A DNA stretch of 64,000 nt from Orbicella franksi (GCA_964199315.1 OZ116708.1:24924001-24988000); one strand, 5' to 3'; shown: positions 1-13,000, counted from the first letter of the stretch. The notes: generated from the letters alone by a model not told the origin. Numbers and translations: made by a program.

Positions 1-1167
1 CTTTCGCTCATGATGAGTTAATAAACGTGGTATATTTGTTTTGTTCAGATCTGCTTTTGTTTTCCAAAAGAAATGCAAAAATTGTACGTGATGCCAACCG
101 CTACAAAATAGTGGACATTAGTGCCCCGAGTATCAAGAACTTCGCTCCTGAAAAGTGCAAAAGCCAGTTCGCTTTTCTTCTTTTTGAGTATTTGTATAGG
201 AGGTATTGACAAATTATTTAAGCCGAAAACTAGGATTTTTCTAATTTTGAATTCACGGCGCGTGTTTAAAAATCATCAATATTTTATGGTTTTAAAATCT
301 AATTTTGGAGTATTTTTTCAAGACACGTTTTTCCTATGCGGTATAACTCCGAATCACTTGAGATTAAAGCTGTGATTAGTGGAAATGTTCTTCTTTTCAA
401 GGATATAAAGATTAGTTTGGGGCTAGGCTTTTAATTACCGCACGGAAATTGGGAAAATCGCTATCTCGAGGTGTCAACAACTGCAAATAATCGAATTAGA
501 GTCTTTGTTGTCGAACTCAAAATTGCGAGCAAATCTTAGTTCTTAGCATCCTGTTAAATAAAAAAATCAATGTTATAAGCTCACCTTGTAAATCCAGTGG
601 CTCTAGATGGGGTTTGTCTCTATTTTCTTACCCAAACTGTTATCATCGCATCGACCCTTTTTTACCAACTAGAAATGACACAATAAACAAGCATACTGTA
701 CGGCTCTTGCACGAAACATCGTAGTTTTTGTCAGATTTAACCATATTTGAAATTCATACGGCTATGGTATTTGAGATAACTTGACTGCATGATATAGAAC
801 GATGATTCAATTATTTATAGTTGCAGGGAAACAAATTTTGAAGCCCGAAGGCGCGCATTTAGCAGAGTCTTGTCCAAGATGATACGTCGCTCATGTTTGT
901 CACGCAATGAAACTAAATGCACAGGATACGCAATAAAACCAAGATATATCCTGTGGTAGTATGACTACGTCTACTTGTATCGGCTTGAAACTAAACCCCC
1001 TAGCTGAGATAGATGTTAGATCTCTGGTCAACTTTTTTTATGATAAGATTATGCTATTAATTCCGAGCAATGTTATGTTGTCACATGTTTGAAAACATGA
1101 TAAAATCATTATATGTTTTGACTGAATACACATCGAACCCTGTTTTTTCTTTACATTTATCCATTTG

Positions 1168-1312
1168 CAGTAGCGGATCTAGGGGAGGGGCCCGGGAAGG
1201 CCTCTCCGTCTTATCTAAGGTAAAAAAAGAAATCGTAGAAGGAAGAAAAGCCGGCAGGGCAGGCCAAAAAAACCGGGCCCCCAACTTAGCTCAAGGTCTG
1301 GATCCGCCACTG
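1168..1312. mobile_element. MITE with CAGTGGCGGATC-type TIRs (copy at 18669-18813)
   Basis: CAGTAGCGGATCTAG...CTGGATCCGCCACTG with ATTTG repeated on both flanks (5-bp TSD). Confidence 0.8.
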
Positions 1313-1733
1313 ATTTGTATCACTGAGGCACTACTGGCGAGTGCCGTAAGATGTCGGATGATTAGTCACAGTTCTCATCTCTACTGGCCGAAGTCTTAAT
1401 ATAGGGGCTCCTCCCTGGGAGTGGAATTAAGAGGAAGAGAAAATATTACCCAACAGATTTCCGTGCGCAAACACCGTGCACACAATACTGAATGGAACCA
1501 CTGGCCAAATAGCTACACCCGGCCCAATTTGACATCCCCGCCTAAACCGGATTCAGTTGACGAAACCAAATCAGGAAAACTGCATTTACAGGCTGCGACA
1601 GTCAGTGACTGTTATTTCTTTCCCAGAAATAAGTGCAGGTGCTATTTAAGATACGCTATATAAAATAAGCGGTGTTAACAAAGGGGGAAAGAAAGAAAAG
1701 TAAATTGAAAGATAGAAAGGTAGAAAGAAAGAA

Positions 1734-1736
<3 letters not shown>

Positions 1737-1785
<49 letters not shown>
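1737..1785. repeat. (GACA)n microsatellite, shorter in copy 2 (~19238-19275)
   Basis: Direct reading. The paired ORFs differ in the number of TDRQ repeats. Confidence 0.95.
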
Positions 1786-1786
<1 letters not shown>

Positions 1787-1899
1787 GAGCCGGAAAAAAA
1801 AAATTAACCTACGAGATACTTGTCGCCTGGACTTTTTCAGTCTGTGGCTTGAATGCCACCGTTGCGTTTTAGTTTAAGTCACAGCAGAATCATAAATTA

Positions 1900-2330
1900 G
1901 CAAAACTGCGTAGACTTTGCAGAGCCAACAGCAATAAATATGCCTGCACATTAAGCGTTCAAAAATGGTCTTTGATTCCACGGTCAGCCTTGCACTATTT
2001 CTATGGGCATGACTCGATAATATTTCTGGCACGCGGCATCGACGAGAGCCTCTTCGCCACCCAGTGCATAAAGATGAGCGATGAGCAGGACAGATAGTCA
2101 TCCTCGAAATATCATAAGGGGCAGTGAACCTTGATCCCCGCGCTAAGATTAAGTCGATCTCCGACTCAACATCAGTGCCGCCGACGGAATGAGCGTGTGT
2201 GAAGATGTGTTTTCCACATGAAAGTAACGGGACTATAAGCGCACCTTTTTCGTTTGCTCGACTTCTTTTATTTTGAGAGCGCTGTTCCCTCAGTTGATCC
2301 TTGATCCTTCGTCTTTCCTTTCGGCCTTTC
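1900..2330 (-). pseudogene. N-terminal remnant of a cnidarian DNA-transposon transposase (also at ~19390-19820)
   Basis: Open frame ...VPLLSCGKHIFTHAHSVGGTDVESEIDLILARGSRFTAPYDISRMTICPAHRSSLCTGWRRGSRRCRVPEILSSH, then frameshifted KADRGIK and AGIFIAVGS. The ICPxHRxxLxxGWxR..C.VP..S.H motif is recalled from large cnidarian transposase-like proteins. No ATG and no catalytic core remain. Confidence 0.55.
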
Positions 2331-2946
2331 TGTCAAGGATTTGCTTTAAGGATTCTAGATCAAAAGCAGCAGGTTTTTTTTTTTTTTTCAAAAATACAAA
2401 CAGACGAAAAAAAAAGCTATTTGCGTTTCTGCAAAATATGGCACCTCTCAAAGTTCCATTTACGTGGGCCTTCCTTAAAGACCTGTGACATGTCAACGCG
2501 TGGCGTACAAACAATACATGTTTTGAACATATTAGCACCGGATTCAGTAATTTTGCTCGTTTCGGCCACTAAGATGGTTAGAATTTACTTGTTTACAAGC
2601 TCACTTGTACGTCATAGAAAGATAGAAGCTAAGAAATACTTGATACTGTCAAGAATTGCGATGTTTTTACAAGAGCCATCCAAGTACTGCTCAGATCGGT
2701 TATTCGTTCGGTAAACACTGTTGAACGGAAGATTCAGAAGATGACTATTTGAACAGAAAATATGGATAAAAACCCATCTACAGCCACTGGATTTACAAGG
2801 TGAGCTTATAATATTCATTTTTTATTTAACAGGATGCTAAGAACTAAGTTTTGCTTTTACTATGATTTTGGGTTCGATAACAGAAACTCTAATTCGACTA
2901 TTTGCAGTTGTTGACACCTCGAGGTAGCGACTTTCCCGATTTCCGT

Positions 2947-2981
<35 letters not shown>

Positions 2982-2982
2982 C

Positions 2983-3016
<34 letters not shown>

Positions 3017-3090
3017 TAATCTCAAGTGATTCGGAGTTATTCCACATAGGAAAAACGTGTCTTGAAAAAGCGCTCCAAAATTAGATTTTA

Positions 3091-3125
<35 letters not shown>

Positions 3126-4707
3126 CGTGAATTCAAAATTAGACGAAAAATCCTGGTTTTGAGCTTAAATAATTTGCCAATACATCCCATACAAATACAC
3201 AAAAAGAAGAAAAACGAACTTGCTTTTGCACTTTTCAGGAGCGAAGTTCTTGTGTTGATACTCGCGGCACTAGTGTTCGCCATTTTTGAAGTGGTCGGCA
3301 TCTTGTACAGTTTTTGCGAATTTTCTGAAGTGTTTTTATTCGTGGCTGTGTTAAATGGTCACTGGACGATACGACTCTTCGCAGTAGGCAGATTGGCGCT
3401 CTACATTCGCATCATTGCCTAAATGGTTACACCCTTAGGGTTTCACACATTATGCTCTCTTCCTTATGCTAATACTCGATGCTCGAAGAGTCTCGCTGTT
3501 ATTGTGCTTCATTATGTTTACATAAAAAAAGATAATATTTTCCCTTAACGCTTGTCATATTGAAGTGCGAGCGACGCCTCGTTGTAATTCTCCATTGCTC
3601 TGGTTTGACCCTTACATATCAACAGGGGCAGTGAACATTGATCCCCGCGCTAAGATAAAGTCGATCTCCGACTCAACATCAGTGCCGCCGACGGAATGAA
3701 CGGGTGCGAAGATGTGTTTTCCACATGAAAGTAACGGGAGTATAAGCGCACCTTTTTCGTTTGCTCGACTTCTTTTATTTTGAGACCGCTGTTCACTCAG
3801 TTAATTTCCATTCTCAACTCCGCCGGTGTACAAAACTCAGTGATTATCTGCTTGTTTAAGAAATTTTGCGTCTCAATTTTTTTTAATTATTACGTCGCTG
3901 TTCCTATGAAAAGTTTACGTTTGTCTCTATTCAACTTTTTGTACATTGTATGTTTGTTTGTTGATTTGCTTTGTTTTCTTTTGTAATTGTTCGCCCCTCT
4001 TGCCTACTTGTCATTAGGTCTTTCGTCCTTGATCCTTCGTCTTTCCTTTCGGCCTTTCTGTCAAGGATTTGCTTTAAGTATTCTAGCTCAAAAGCAGTAG
4101 GTTTAATTTTTTTCAAAAATACAAACAAACGAAACAAAAAGCTATTTGCGTTTCTACAAAATATGGCACCTCTCAAAGTTCCATTTACGTGGGCCTTCCT
4201 TAACGGCGTGTGACATGTCAACGCGTGACGTACAAACAATACATGTTTCGAACATATTAGCACCGGATTCAGTAATTTTGCTCGTTTCGGCCACTAAGAT
4301 AGTTAGAATTTACTTGTTTACAAGCTCACTTGTACGTCATAGAAAGATAGAAGCTAAGAAATGCTTGATACTGTCAAGAATTGCGATGTTTTTACAAGAG
4401 CTATCCAAGTACTGCTCAGATCGGTTATTCGTTCGGTAAACACTGTTGAACGGAAGATTCAGAAGATGACTATTTGAACAGAAAATATGGATAAAAACCC
4501 ATCTACAGCCACTGGATTTACAAGGTGAGCTTATAATATTCATTTTTTATTTAACAGGATGCTAAGAACTAAGTTTTGCTTTTACTATGATTTTGGGTTC
4601 GATAACAGAAACTCTAATTCGACTATTTGCAGTTGTTGACACCTCGAGGTAGCGACTTTCCCGATTTCCGTGCAGTAATTAAAAGCTCCAAACTAATCTT
4701 TATATCC

Positions 4708-4741
<34 letters not shown>

Positions 4742-4815
4742 TAATCTCAAGTGATTCGGAGTTATTCCACATAGGAAAAACGTGTCTTGAAAAAGCGCTC
4801 CAAAATTAGATTTTA

Positions 4816-4850
<35 letters not shown>

Positions 4851-4909
4851 CGTGAATTCAAAATTAGACGAAAAATCCTGGTTTTGAGCTTAAATAATTT
4901 GCCAATACA

Positions 4910-4952
<43 letters not shown>

Positions 4953-6432
4953 GCACTTTTCAGGAGCGAAGTTCTTGTGTTGATACTCGGCGCACTAGTG
5001 TTCGCCATTTTTGAAGTGGTCGGCATCTTGTACAGTTTTTGCGAATTTTCTGAAGTGTTTTTATTCGTGGCTGTGTTAAATGGTCACTGGACGATACGAC
5101 TCTTCGCAGTAGGCAGATTGGCGCTCTACATTCGCATCATTGCCTAAATGGTTACACCCTTAGGGTTTCACACATTATGCTCTCTTCATTATGCTAATAC
5201 TCGATGCTCGAAGAGTCTCGCTGTTATTGTGCTTCATTATGTTTACATAAAAAAAGATAATATTTTCCCTTAACGCTTGTCATATTGAAGTGCGAGCGAC
5301 GCCTCGTTGTAATTCTCCATTGCTCTGGTTTGACCCTTACATATCAACAGGGGCAGTGAACATTGATCCCCGCGCTAAGATAAAGTCGATCTCCGACTCA
5401 ACATCAGTGCCGCCGACGGAATGAACGGGTGCGAAGATGTGTTTTCCACATGAAAGTAACGGGAGTATAAGCGCACCTTTTTCGTTTGCTCGACTTCTTT
5501 TATTTTGAGACCGCTGTTCACTCAGTTAATTTCCATTCTCAACTCCGCCGGTGTACAAAACTCAGTGATTATCTGCTTGTTTAAGAAATTTTGCGTCTCA
5601 ATTTTTTTTAATTATTACGTCGCTGTTCCTATGAAAAGTTTACGTTTGTCTCTATTCAACTTTTTGTACATTGTATGTTTGTTTGTTGATTTGCTTTGTT
5701 TTCTTTTGTAATTGTTCGCCCCTCTTGCCTACTTGTCATTAGGTCTTTCGTCCTTGATCCTTCGTCTTTCCTTTCGGCCTTTCTGTCAAGGATTTGCTTT
5801 AAGTATTCTAGCTCAAAAGCAGTAGGTTTAATTTTTTTCAAAAATACAAACAAACGAAACAAAAAGCTATTTGCGTTTCTACAAAATATGGCACCTCTCA
5901 AAGTTCCATTTACGTGGGCCTTCCTTAACGGCGTGTGACATGTCAACGCGTGACGTACAAACAATACATGTTTCGAACATATTAGCACCGGATTCAGTAA
6001 TTTTGCTCGTTTCGGCCACTAAGATAGTTAGAATTTACTTGTTTACAAGCTCACTTGTACGTCATAGAAAGATAGAAGCTAAGAAATGCTTGATACTGTC
6101 AAGAATTGCGATGTTTTTACAAGAGCTATCCAAGTACTGCTCAGATCGGTTATTCGTTCGGTAAACACTGTTGAACGGAAGATTCAGAAGATGACTATTT
6201 GAACAGAAAATATGGATAAAAACCCATCTACAGCCACTGGATTTACAAGGTGAGCTTATAATATTCATTTTTTATTTAACAGGATGCTAAGAACTAAGTT
6301 TTGCTTTTACTATGATTTTGGGTTCGATAACAGAAACTCTAATTCGACTATTTGCAGTTGTTGACACCTCGAGGTAGCGACTTTCCCGATTTCCGTGCAG
6401 TAATTAAAAACCCCAAACTAATCTTTATATCC

Positions 6433-6466
<34 letters not shown>

Positions 6467-6780
6467 TAATCTCAAGTGATTCGGAGTTATTCCACATAGG
6501 AAAAACGTGTCTTGAAAAAACGCTCCAAAATTTGATTTTGAAACCAAGAAATATTGGTGATTTTTAAACACGCGCCGTGAATTCAAAATTAGACGAAAAA
6601 TCCTGGTTTTCGGCTTAAATAATTTGCCAAAACATCCCACACAAATATACAAAAAGAAGAAAAGCGAACTTGCTTTTGCACTTTTCAGGAGCGAAGTTCT
6701 GGTGTTGATACTCGGCGCACTAATGTCCGCCATTTTTGAAGTGGTCGGCATCTTGTACAGTTTTTGCGAATTTTCTGAAA
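2118..6780 (+). repeat. 1725-bp tandem array, about 2.7 units
   Basis: Identical junction TTCTGAA|GTGTTTTTATTCG at 3330 and 5055. ORFs recur at 2902/4627/6352. Confidence 0.95.
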
Positions 6781-7160
6781 AACAAAAGTAGATCTATTAA
6801 AGCAAAAAAATTATACCACGTTTATTAACTCATCATGGGATATCTCTGAGCGAAATATGAGGATAGTCATTTTTTGGACCATGTGCCACCTCTCACTCGG
6901 TCACGAAAAGAAGGCGTTCTTTTAAGATGCAAATATTTCGTGAAATGTTGAGGGGGGAGCAAATCGAAGTTAGTCTTTAAAAGACTCTTTGAGACACAAC
7001 GACAAAATTTCCAAACTTTCGCGAGGCTTAATCAATTTAACATCATTACCTCGTTTTCAATTTTTCACCTAATATTTTTCCAGCTTCAGTGCACTTTTAG
7101 GGCAATTTTTATCAAAACAATACCGTTATTTATAGGCTCCCGAGTCGGTGATATTAGTTG

Positions 7161-7567
7161 TTATTATATGGCTGTATCTCACAAAGACTGGGAACTACCG
7201 AATTCACGAATTTGATTGGCTGAAATCGATATTGACCGCGGTCTAGATTTTCCCATCTAGATCGACATCTGGCTAGACCGGTTTCATTTTGCGTTGAAAA
7301 AGTAGCAAACTAAAATACAAAAATGTACACCATTTCTTTTATTTTCTTCTCATGGAAGTGCCAAAAAGCTTGATGACAAAAAAAAAAGTAAAGAGGACGA
7401 GCAAATTTCGGCAGGTTTAAGTTAAGCTCATCGCCGTTCGGAAGCAAACTGTCAGCAAACCAGTTACATTAAACGAATTAAAGTTTTCTTCTTTGCCATA
7501 TAATAAACATCTTATTAACCGAGCTAAGTCGGTCTGTATGGGAGAATTTTGACCTCGGCCGTGTGTA
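7161..7567. mobile_element. Non-autonomous Crypton-like fragment (copy at ~22926-23332)
   Basis: Perfect 12-bp inverted pair TTATTATATGGC (7161-7172) / GCCATATAATAA (7495-7506), followed by a truncated hairpin arm. This is the same architecture as the autonomous Crypton at 48359-50434. Confidence 0.5.
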
Positions 7568-9056
7568 GAATATAATGTTTTGAAAGCATGAAGTGTTTTT
7601 ATTCGTGGCAGTGTTAAATGGTCACTGGACAATACGACTCTTCGCAGTAGGCTAATTGGCGCTCTATTCGCACCATTGCCTAAATGGTTACACCTTTAGG
7701 GTTTCACGCATTATGCTCTCTTCATTATGCTAATACTCGATGCTCGAAGAGTCTCGCTATTATTGTGCTTCATTATGTTTACATAAAAAAAGATAATATT
7801 TTCCCTTAACGCTTGTCATATTGAAGTGCGAGCGACGCCTCGTTGTAATTCTCCATTGCTCTGGTTTGACCGTTACATATTAACAGGGGCAGTGAACATT
7901 GATCCCCGCGCTAAGATAAAGTCGATCTCCGACTTGTAATTCTCCATTGCTCTGGTTTGACTGTTACGAACTAATTTTTGTAGTAATGAAAAACAAAATC
8001 GCTCAGGTGCAGCAGAAAAAAATTGAATTAACAAAACCTTCTTGCATGCTGAAGCCAAAATTGGAAGCTTTCTTTCATGTTGAAACAACCAGGACTAACA
8101 GATTACTCTCGGCCTATATGCTGGACTATACCGCCTCAAGGGCCGGAATCAGCCAGTTTTTATCACTATTTATTGGCATAATTCTCGATACTTTTGCCTC
8201 AATATTATGCTTAAAATAAGGTCGGAATGATGTGTTCATCCCGATACAACTTTCTGTCCACTCCTCCTTCTTTTCCCCCTCCCCCCCTCAACATTATTCA
8301 TGGTTGCTTATAATGGCTGGTAATTTGACTGAGCAATATCATGGAATTGCCGGCATGATTTAATTGGGCCTACTTATTTTACGAAACGCACTAACAGAAT
8401 CTTTGAAACTGAACTTGTAAAAATACCTGCTTAGGGTTTTTAGCTAGAATGCAGGCACATTTTCTAAAACACACATTTTCTTGGCATATATGGGAGCCCT
8501 AAATAAGCCGTGCAATCAAAATGCAAGTTATATATTGAACAAGTTACATTCATTATTTAGTCCGGCTACATAGCTAACCACCACTTTGTGAGACACCAAC
8601 GTTAACATACTGACACTCACAGCTACATTTTAGTGGTCAGTTCGTGGCTCGATTAACGCTTTTCTATCATATCAATTAGCACAAAATAATTAATAGCTGA
8701 CAGGAATTAAGACGTCAATGTGTTTCAATTACCTTGCCTTCTCTAATTGTGCATTGTGTCCTTATTTAGCGATAAGGCTAAGACCATTGCTGTTTATTCC
8801 TTTAAAATCTCTTAAAAACTAGAACACAGGGACGGTTTGTCACTGAGTCCGCCCTAAATGATTAAAAAAGAAAGAACGTTACAGCTTGTTGTTAATTTTG
8901 TTAGCCGGCTAAACCAACATTGACCTTGTTTACCTCTGGCGCACCTGCATGAATTACTGATTAAAAAAGCCTGATTGGTTGCAGTTTGGATCACTTAACA
9001 AAAAGGACCCAAAGATTGAAGCATAAGGGGACCCTTTGGCACTCAGGGTGACCAAA

Positions 9057-9187
9057 TATAAACATGGTTAATGATTTACGGACACAATAACAAAAGCCAA
9101 AGGAGGAGAGGCAAAATATGTATATTAGTTAATTAACAGGTTAACCGACAGTCTGACAACATACTCAAGAAGACAGAAGCAAAAACG
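9057..9187 (+). promoter_or_regulatory. Putative TATA box and non-coding first exon of PAN-pentraxin gene 1 (copy at +15765)
   Basis: TATAAA at 9057-9062, donor-like G|GTATGT at 9188, and a strong polypyrimidine-AG acceptor at 9997 just upstream of the ATG at 10020. Confidence 0.35.
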
Positions 9188-9230
9188 GTATGTATATCAT
9201 TCTACCTAGGTTTTATGTGATGGTAAATTA

Positions 9231-9489
9231 AGCCTTGTCCAGTCGGGAAATGTTTGGCGATCAAACACGATCAAACATTGTTTGGTAACCAAACATTTTC
9301 GCGTTGGATCGTGTTTGAACGGACATCAAACATTTGATCAAACACTGTCAACCATTTTGCTCGTTTGGTTGGTAATCAAACATGCTTGATACCGTATGGC
9401 CACTCAGTTCAACATCAACATGTTTGGTCACCAAACAACTTGTGTTTGATCGTGTTTGGTCGCCAAACATTTCTCGTCTGGACAAGGCT
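9231..9489. mobile_element. Palindromic MITE, probably Harbinger-derived (copy at 24996-25254)
   Basis: TIR AGCCTTGTCCAG / CTGGACAAGGCT, internal TGTTTGATC/GATCAAACA sub-repeats, TAA/TGA flanks. Confidence 0.75.
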
Positions 9490-10019
9490 GAGAGTCCAGA
9501 ATTTGAGGGCACCAAGTCTTTCAAGGGAAAGCTAAGTAAAATCAGAAAGCCGAGACTCATTTCATTCACACCCAGCTAATAACATCGAACAGCTGAAATG
9601 AATGCGAATTGTTAAATCGCCATCAGTCCTTTAGGCTAGAGTCTAAGAATCTCGTCTAGCTGCACGTACAGCCAATGTCAAAGCTTAGCTAAAGCTCACC
9701 AAATAAAACTGTCACATTTTGTTGTCAGTGTGAGAGGCAGACTGAAGACAGGAGGTAAATTGCAGACTGAGGGTACAATGTAGACTGCATTGTGATGTTA
9801 AATTTTGACGAACGAAAGCTATAACAACACGGGATGATTGGTGTCGGAATCGATCCTTTGCCATACTGGCTTATATCCTATCCAACCGGCCCTCCATTTT
9901 TAACAACTCCTCCTTCCCCACCCCAGATATTATTTCTTGTAATCAGTCCCTGAGCTAAGGAATGAATTATGCTTCCTTTTTTTTTTTTTTTCCCTAGAGT
10001 GTACTTATTAAGATTTGCG

Positions 10020-13000
10020 ATGAAACCAACGCAGACAATTGTCATTTTACTTGTAATGACCAGAGTGGCGGGTGTAAATACAATTAGGCAACTGTCGTGT
10101 TCGAAAGCGAGGAGTTTTATTGCCACGGAAGGTAAGAGATTTGCCTGCGAGTGTGTTAACCGAAGTAGCGTGGGAAGAGGGATGTAGGGGGAGGACAGCT
10201 TAAGAATGAGAGAGAAGGGAAGATAGAGGGTGGTACTAGTGAGTGATCGAGAAGGCGCGGTGGCCTCATGGTTAGTGCGCTGTACTCCGGATCGAGTGGT
10301 CCGGGTTCGAGCACTGGTGTTCTTAGACAAGGCAGTTTACTTTCAGAGTGTGCCTCTCTCCACCCAAGTGTATAAATGGGTACCGGTGACCTTAATGCTG
10401 GAGGTAACCCTGCAATGAACTAGCATACCATCTAGGGAGGAGTAAAGCAGTAGTCCTAGTCGATCATGCTACAGGTAAGCGCTGACCTGATGAGCCACTT
10501 GGCTCGTATGCAGACTTTGCCTTACCTTACTATACTGAGTGATCAATCCTGACTGTAATAATAACGGAGCGAAGGTGTTTGTGTAGAAACTATAAAGCAA
10601 TAAAAGCATATTGACATTAAAAAAAAAAAAAAAAAAGGAAACAATTTCAAATTTGGTTAGTTATAAATTTTTAAAAAGTTTCTTCTATTTTTATTAATTG
10701 GGTGCGTTTCGTTGGGAAAGTGCAAAATTGGATTCTTAAATCAAAACAAGAATTTTGCGTTTCTTTCACCTAAACAAATCAATCCAAGATCACTCGAACA
10801 CAGTGATGCAACAAAGAATTGAACAATCCTCGCCTAGAGTGGGTTTTTCGGTTCCTTTGTTGCCCCATGATCTGAGTGATCTTGGACTAATCTATTTAGC
10901 AAAGAAACGCAAACTCCGTTTTTGGATTTAAGAATACAATTTTTATTATTTTTTTCAATTTTCAAAGAAACTTGCTCTAGCATACTTCGTTTTGCAGGTC
11001 ACGTTCTCTCTGGTCACGCAATATCTACCCATCAAGTGTATTCGCTCCCAGACTGCCATGCGCTGTGTTTGAGGCATCCAAGATGTTTATCTTACAATTA
11101 TCAAGTAACTTCAATGTCGTCAAGCCACTCGTGTGAGATCAACGATGCAACAGGAAAAATGTGTCCCCAAGACATGATTGAAACAAAAGGATTTAAATAC
11201 TATGAGGACAGGGTAAACAAGCTTATGACTACATCTATTCCCGCGAGGAGACTCATATAAAAAGGACTGGGGTGCTTGTCCGAAAGTTTGAAAAGAACCC
11301 TTCAGAGGTATACCAAGATCCTGTTTTGTAGGCGTGGCTTGAATTGTTTTTTTACCCATAAGAGGTATCAATTCTAAAACAACAGATTATCTCCTGTCAT
11401 GTTCAGTTTTTAGCTCAATACCCTAAAAGGTACTGCAAAAGCTTCCGCTGTGGACCTTTTGAGGATGAACACCCGACGAGATAGCAAAAAAACCCTTTTT
11501 GACCCCTAAAAGGTGCAAAAAGCACTACTGTCCTTTTTATATGGGAGTTCTCCCCCCCCCCCCCCCGGGGAAATTATTTGACAAAACCTTTAAGAACATT
11601 GGTCGCAAGTCAGCGGTTTGACCAAAACCTGCAGCGCATGCACACAGACAAGTTTACAGGGGAAAATTGAGCATTTTCTGTCTCTCACAGCCGTATTCAT
11701 CGCATTCTTAGTACATCATTAGCGAGATTAAGCAATGACGACAGCCACGCCAACAACAACAACAACAACAACAAGAACGACGCCTAGTAAAAGAATAAAT
11801 TCATTTTTTACCTTCGAATTTCCCAATTATCTAGTTGTCGATCTGTTCAGCCTTCTGATCGGTCCAAAAACTTGTTTCAGCTATTTATGTGACACAGTGA
11901 TCAATTCGAAGTAAAATACGAAAAAGTAGCCGCTGTGGCTCACGTTCTGCAAAATACGCAGAACTTGGTCATTTCACGTTGTTGTTTTGCAGAGAACGGC
12001 TAAAAACTATACAAGGATTTTAGCAAGTGCACAGCCATTGTTCTGCTCATTAGACCTTTTGGTTGGTGACGTTTTCGTTGCCGTTGTCGTAGTGGTTTGC
12101 TTAACTTCCCTATTATATATTTGCAATCTAAACCTTACATTTATTTTCTTCATATTTAGGATACAACTTGTGGTAGGCAGTGTCCCCCACGAGGTTTGTT
12201 CAAATTTCTGTCGCTTTTAATGTTACATAGTCTTTTCAACCGCCCATGAATTTAACACTCACAAAAACGTTAACGTCCGTGCCCAAAGCAGCAGCCATTA
12301 TAATAATTGGACTTACCTTTGTACTGTTCTCTTGTCACTTCGTTATACTGCATGGTTGACCACAATCAAAATAGAGTCAGCATCAAGAACTCAAACAAAA
12401 CCAAACAAAACCTGAATTTCTTTGCAGTACTCGACAAGATGTACGCTGGCAAATAATAGAGCGTACAAACAGAGGTGGGAGGCGCGGTGGCCTCACGGTT
12501 AGTGCGCTCGTCTCCGGATCGAGCGGTCCGGGTTCGAGCCCTGGCCGGGGACATTGTGTTGTGTTCTTGGGCAAGACACTTTACTCTCACAGTGCCTCTC
12601 TCCACCCAGGTGTATAAATGGGTACCGGCGAACTTAATGCTGGGGGTAACTCTGCGATGGACTAGCATCCCATCCAGGGGGGAGTAGAAATACTCCTAGT
12701 CGCTTCATGCTACAGAAACCGGGATAAACTCCGGCCTGATGGGCCACTTGGCTCGCATGCAGACTTTACCTTTACCTTTATGTACAAACAGAACAATTGT
12801 AACCTTCCAAATGAATCATCATATGAACTGAATTGAGTGAAAACATTCATTTTATTAAGCTACATTTTGCTTCCTTTTTGAACGACTTGATTAGAATTGT
12901 TTTTGTCAATATTTTTGTGCTGTGAATAATTATCACTTAAAGTTTTAGTGAAGAATTTGAAAGAGCTCAATAAATAATAATTATTATTATTATCAGTAGC

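Larger units (their letters stand above)
1..7096 (-). mobile_element. Degenerate long-TIR DNA transposon (Sola3-like; family assignment tentative), copy 1
   Basis: 1-~615 is the reverse complement of ~2770-3330 and of the arms in later units (ORF 121..375+ mirrors ORFs 3008..3301-, 4733..5026- and 6458..6751-). Weaker similarity extends the arms towards 1 kb. The outer end is near ...CAGTGCACTT at 7096. An internal transposase-like remnant lies on the minus strand. Confidence 0.6.
1..12845 (+). repeat. Segmental duplication, copy 1 (left boundary outside the window)
   Basis: Position 1 matches 17502 onward. The offset is 17501 at the start and 15765 after the extra 1725-bp unit. ORF-track proteins recur in pairs. 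Similarity stops after ...TTGAGTGAAAACA (12845 vs 28777). Confidence 0.97.

Noticed and set aside
121-6751. Many recurring 60-137 aa ORFs in the tandem array and inverted arms
   Set aside because: They mostly use non-ATG starts, overlap on both strands, have no domain motifs and recur only because the DNA is repeated.
10480-10520. CTGATGAG followed by a small stem, like a hammerhead ribozyme core
   Set aside because: The stem GAGCCACTTGGCTC is followed by GTATGC, not GAAA. It is the ordinary 3' part of the SINE, and other copies read CTGATGGG.
12474-12560. tRNA-like sequences with A and B boxes (also 10251, 28406, 29494, 38585-38690)
   Set aside because: They continue into SINE bodies with tails and TSDs and do not form a complete cloverleaf.
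12366-12687. ORFs such as MLVHRRVTPSIKFAGTHLYTWVERG... (also 28245-28619 and 9878-10418)
   Set aside because: These are translations of SINE sequence in several frames, not genes.
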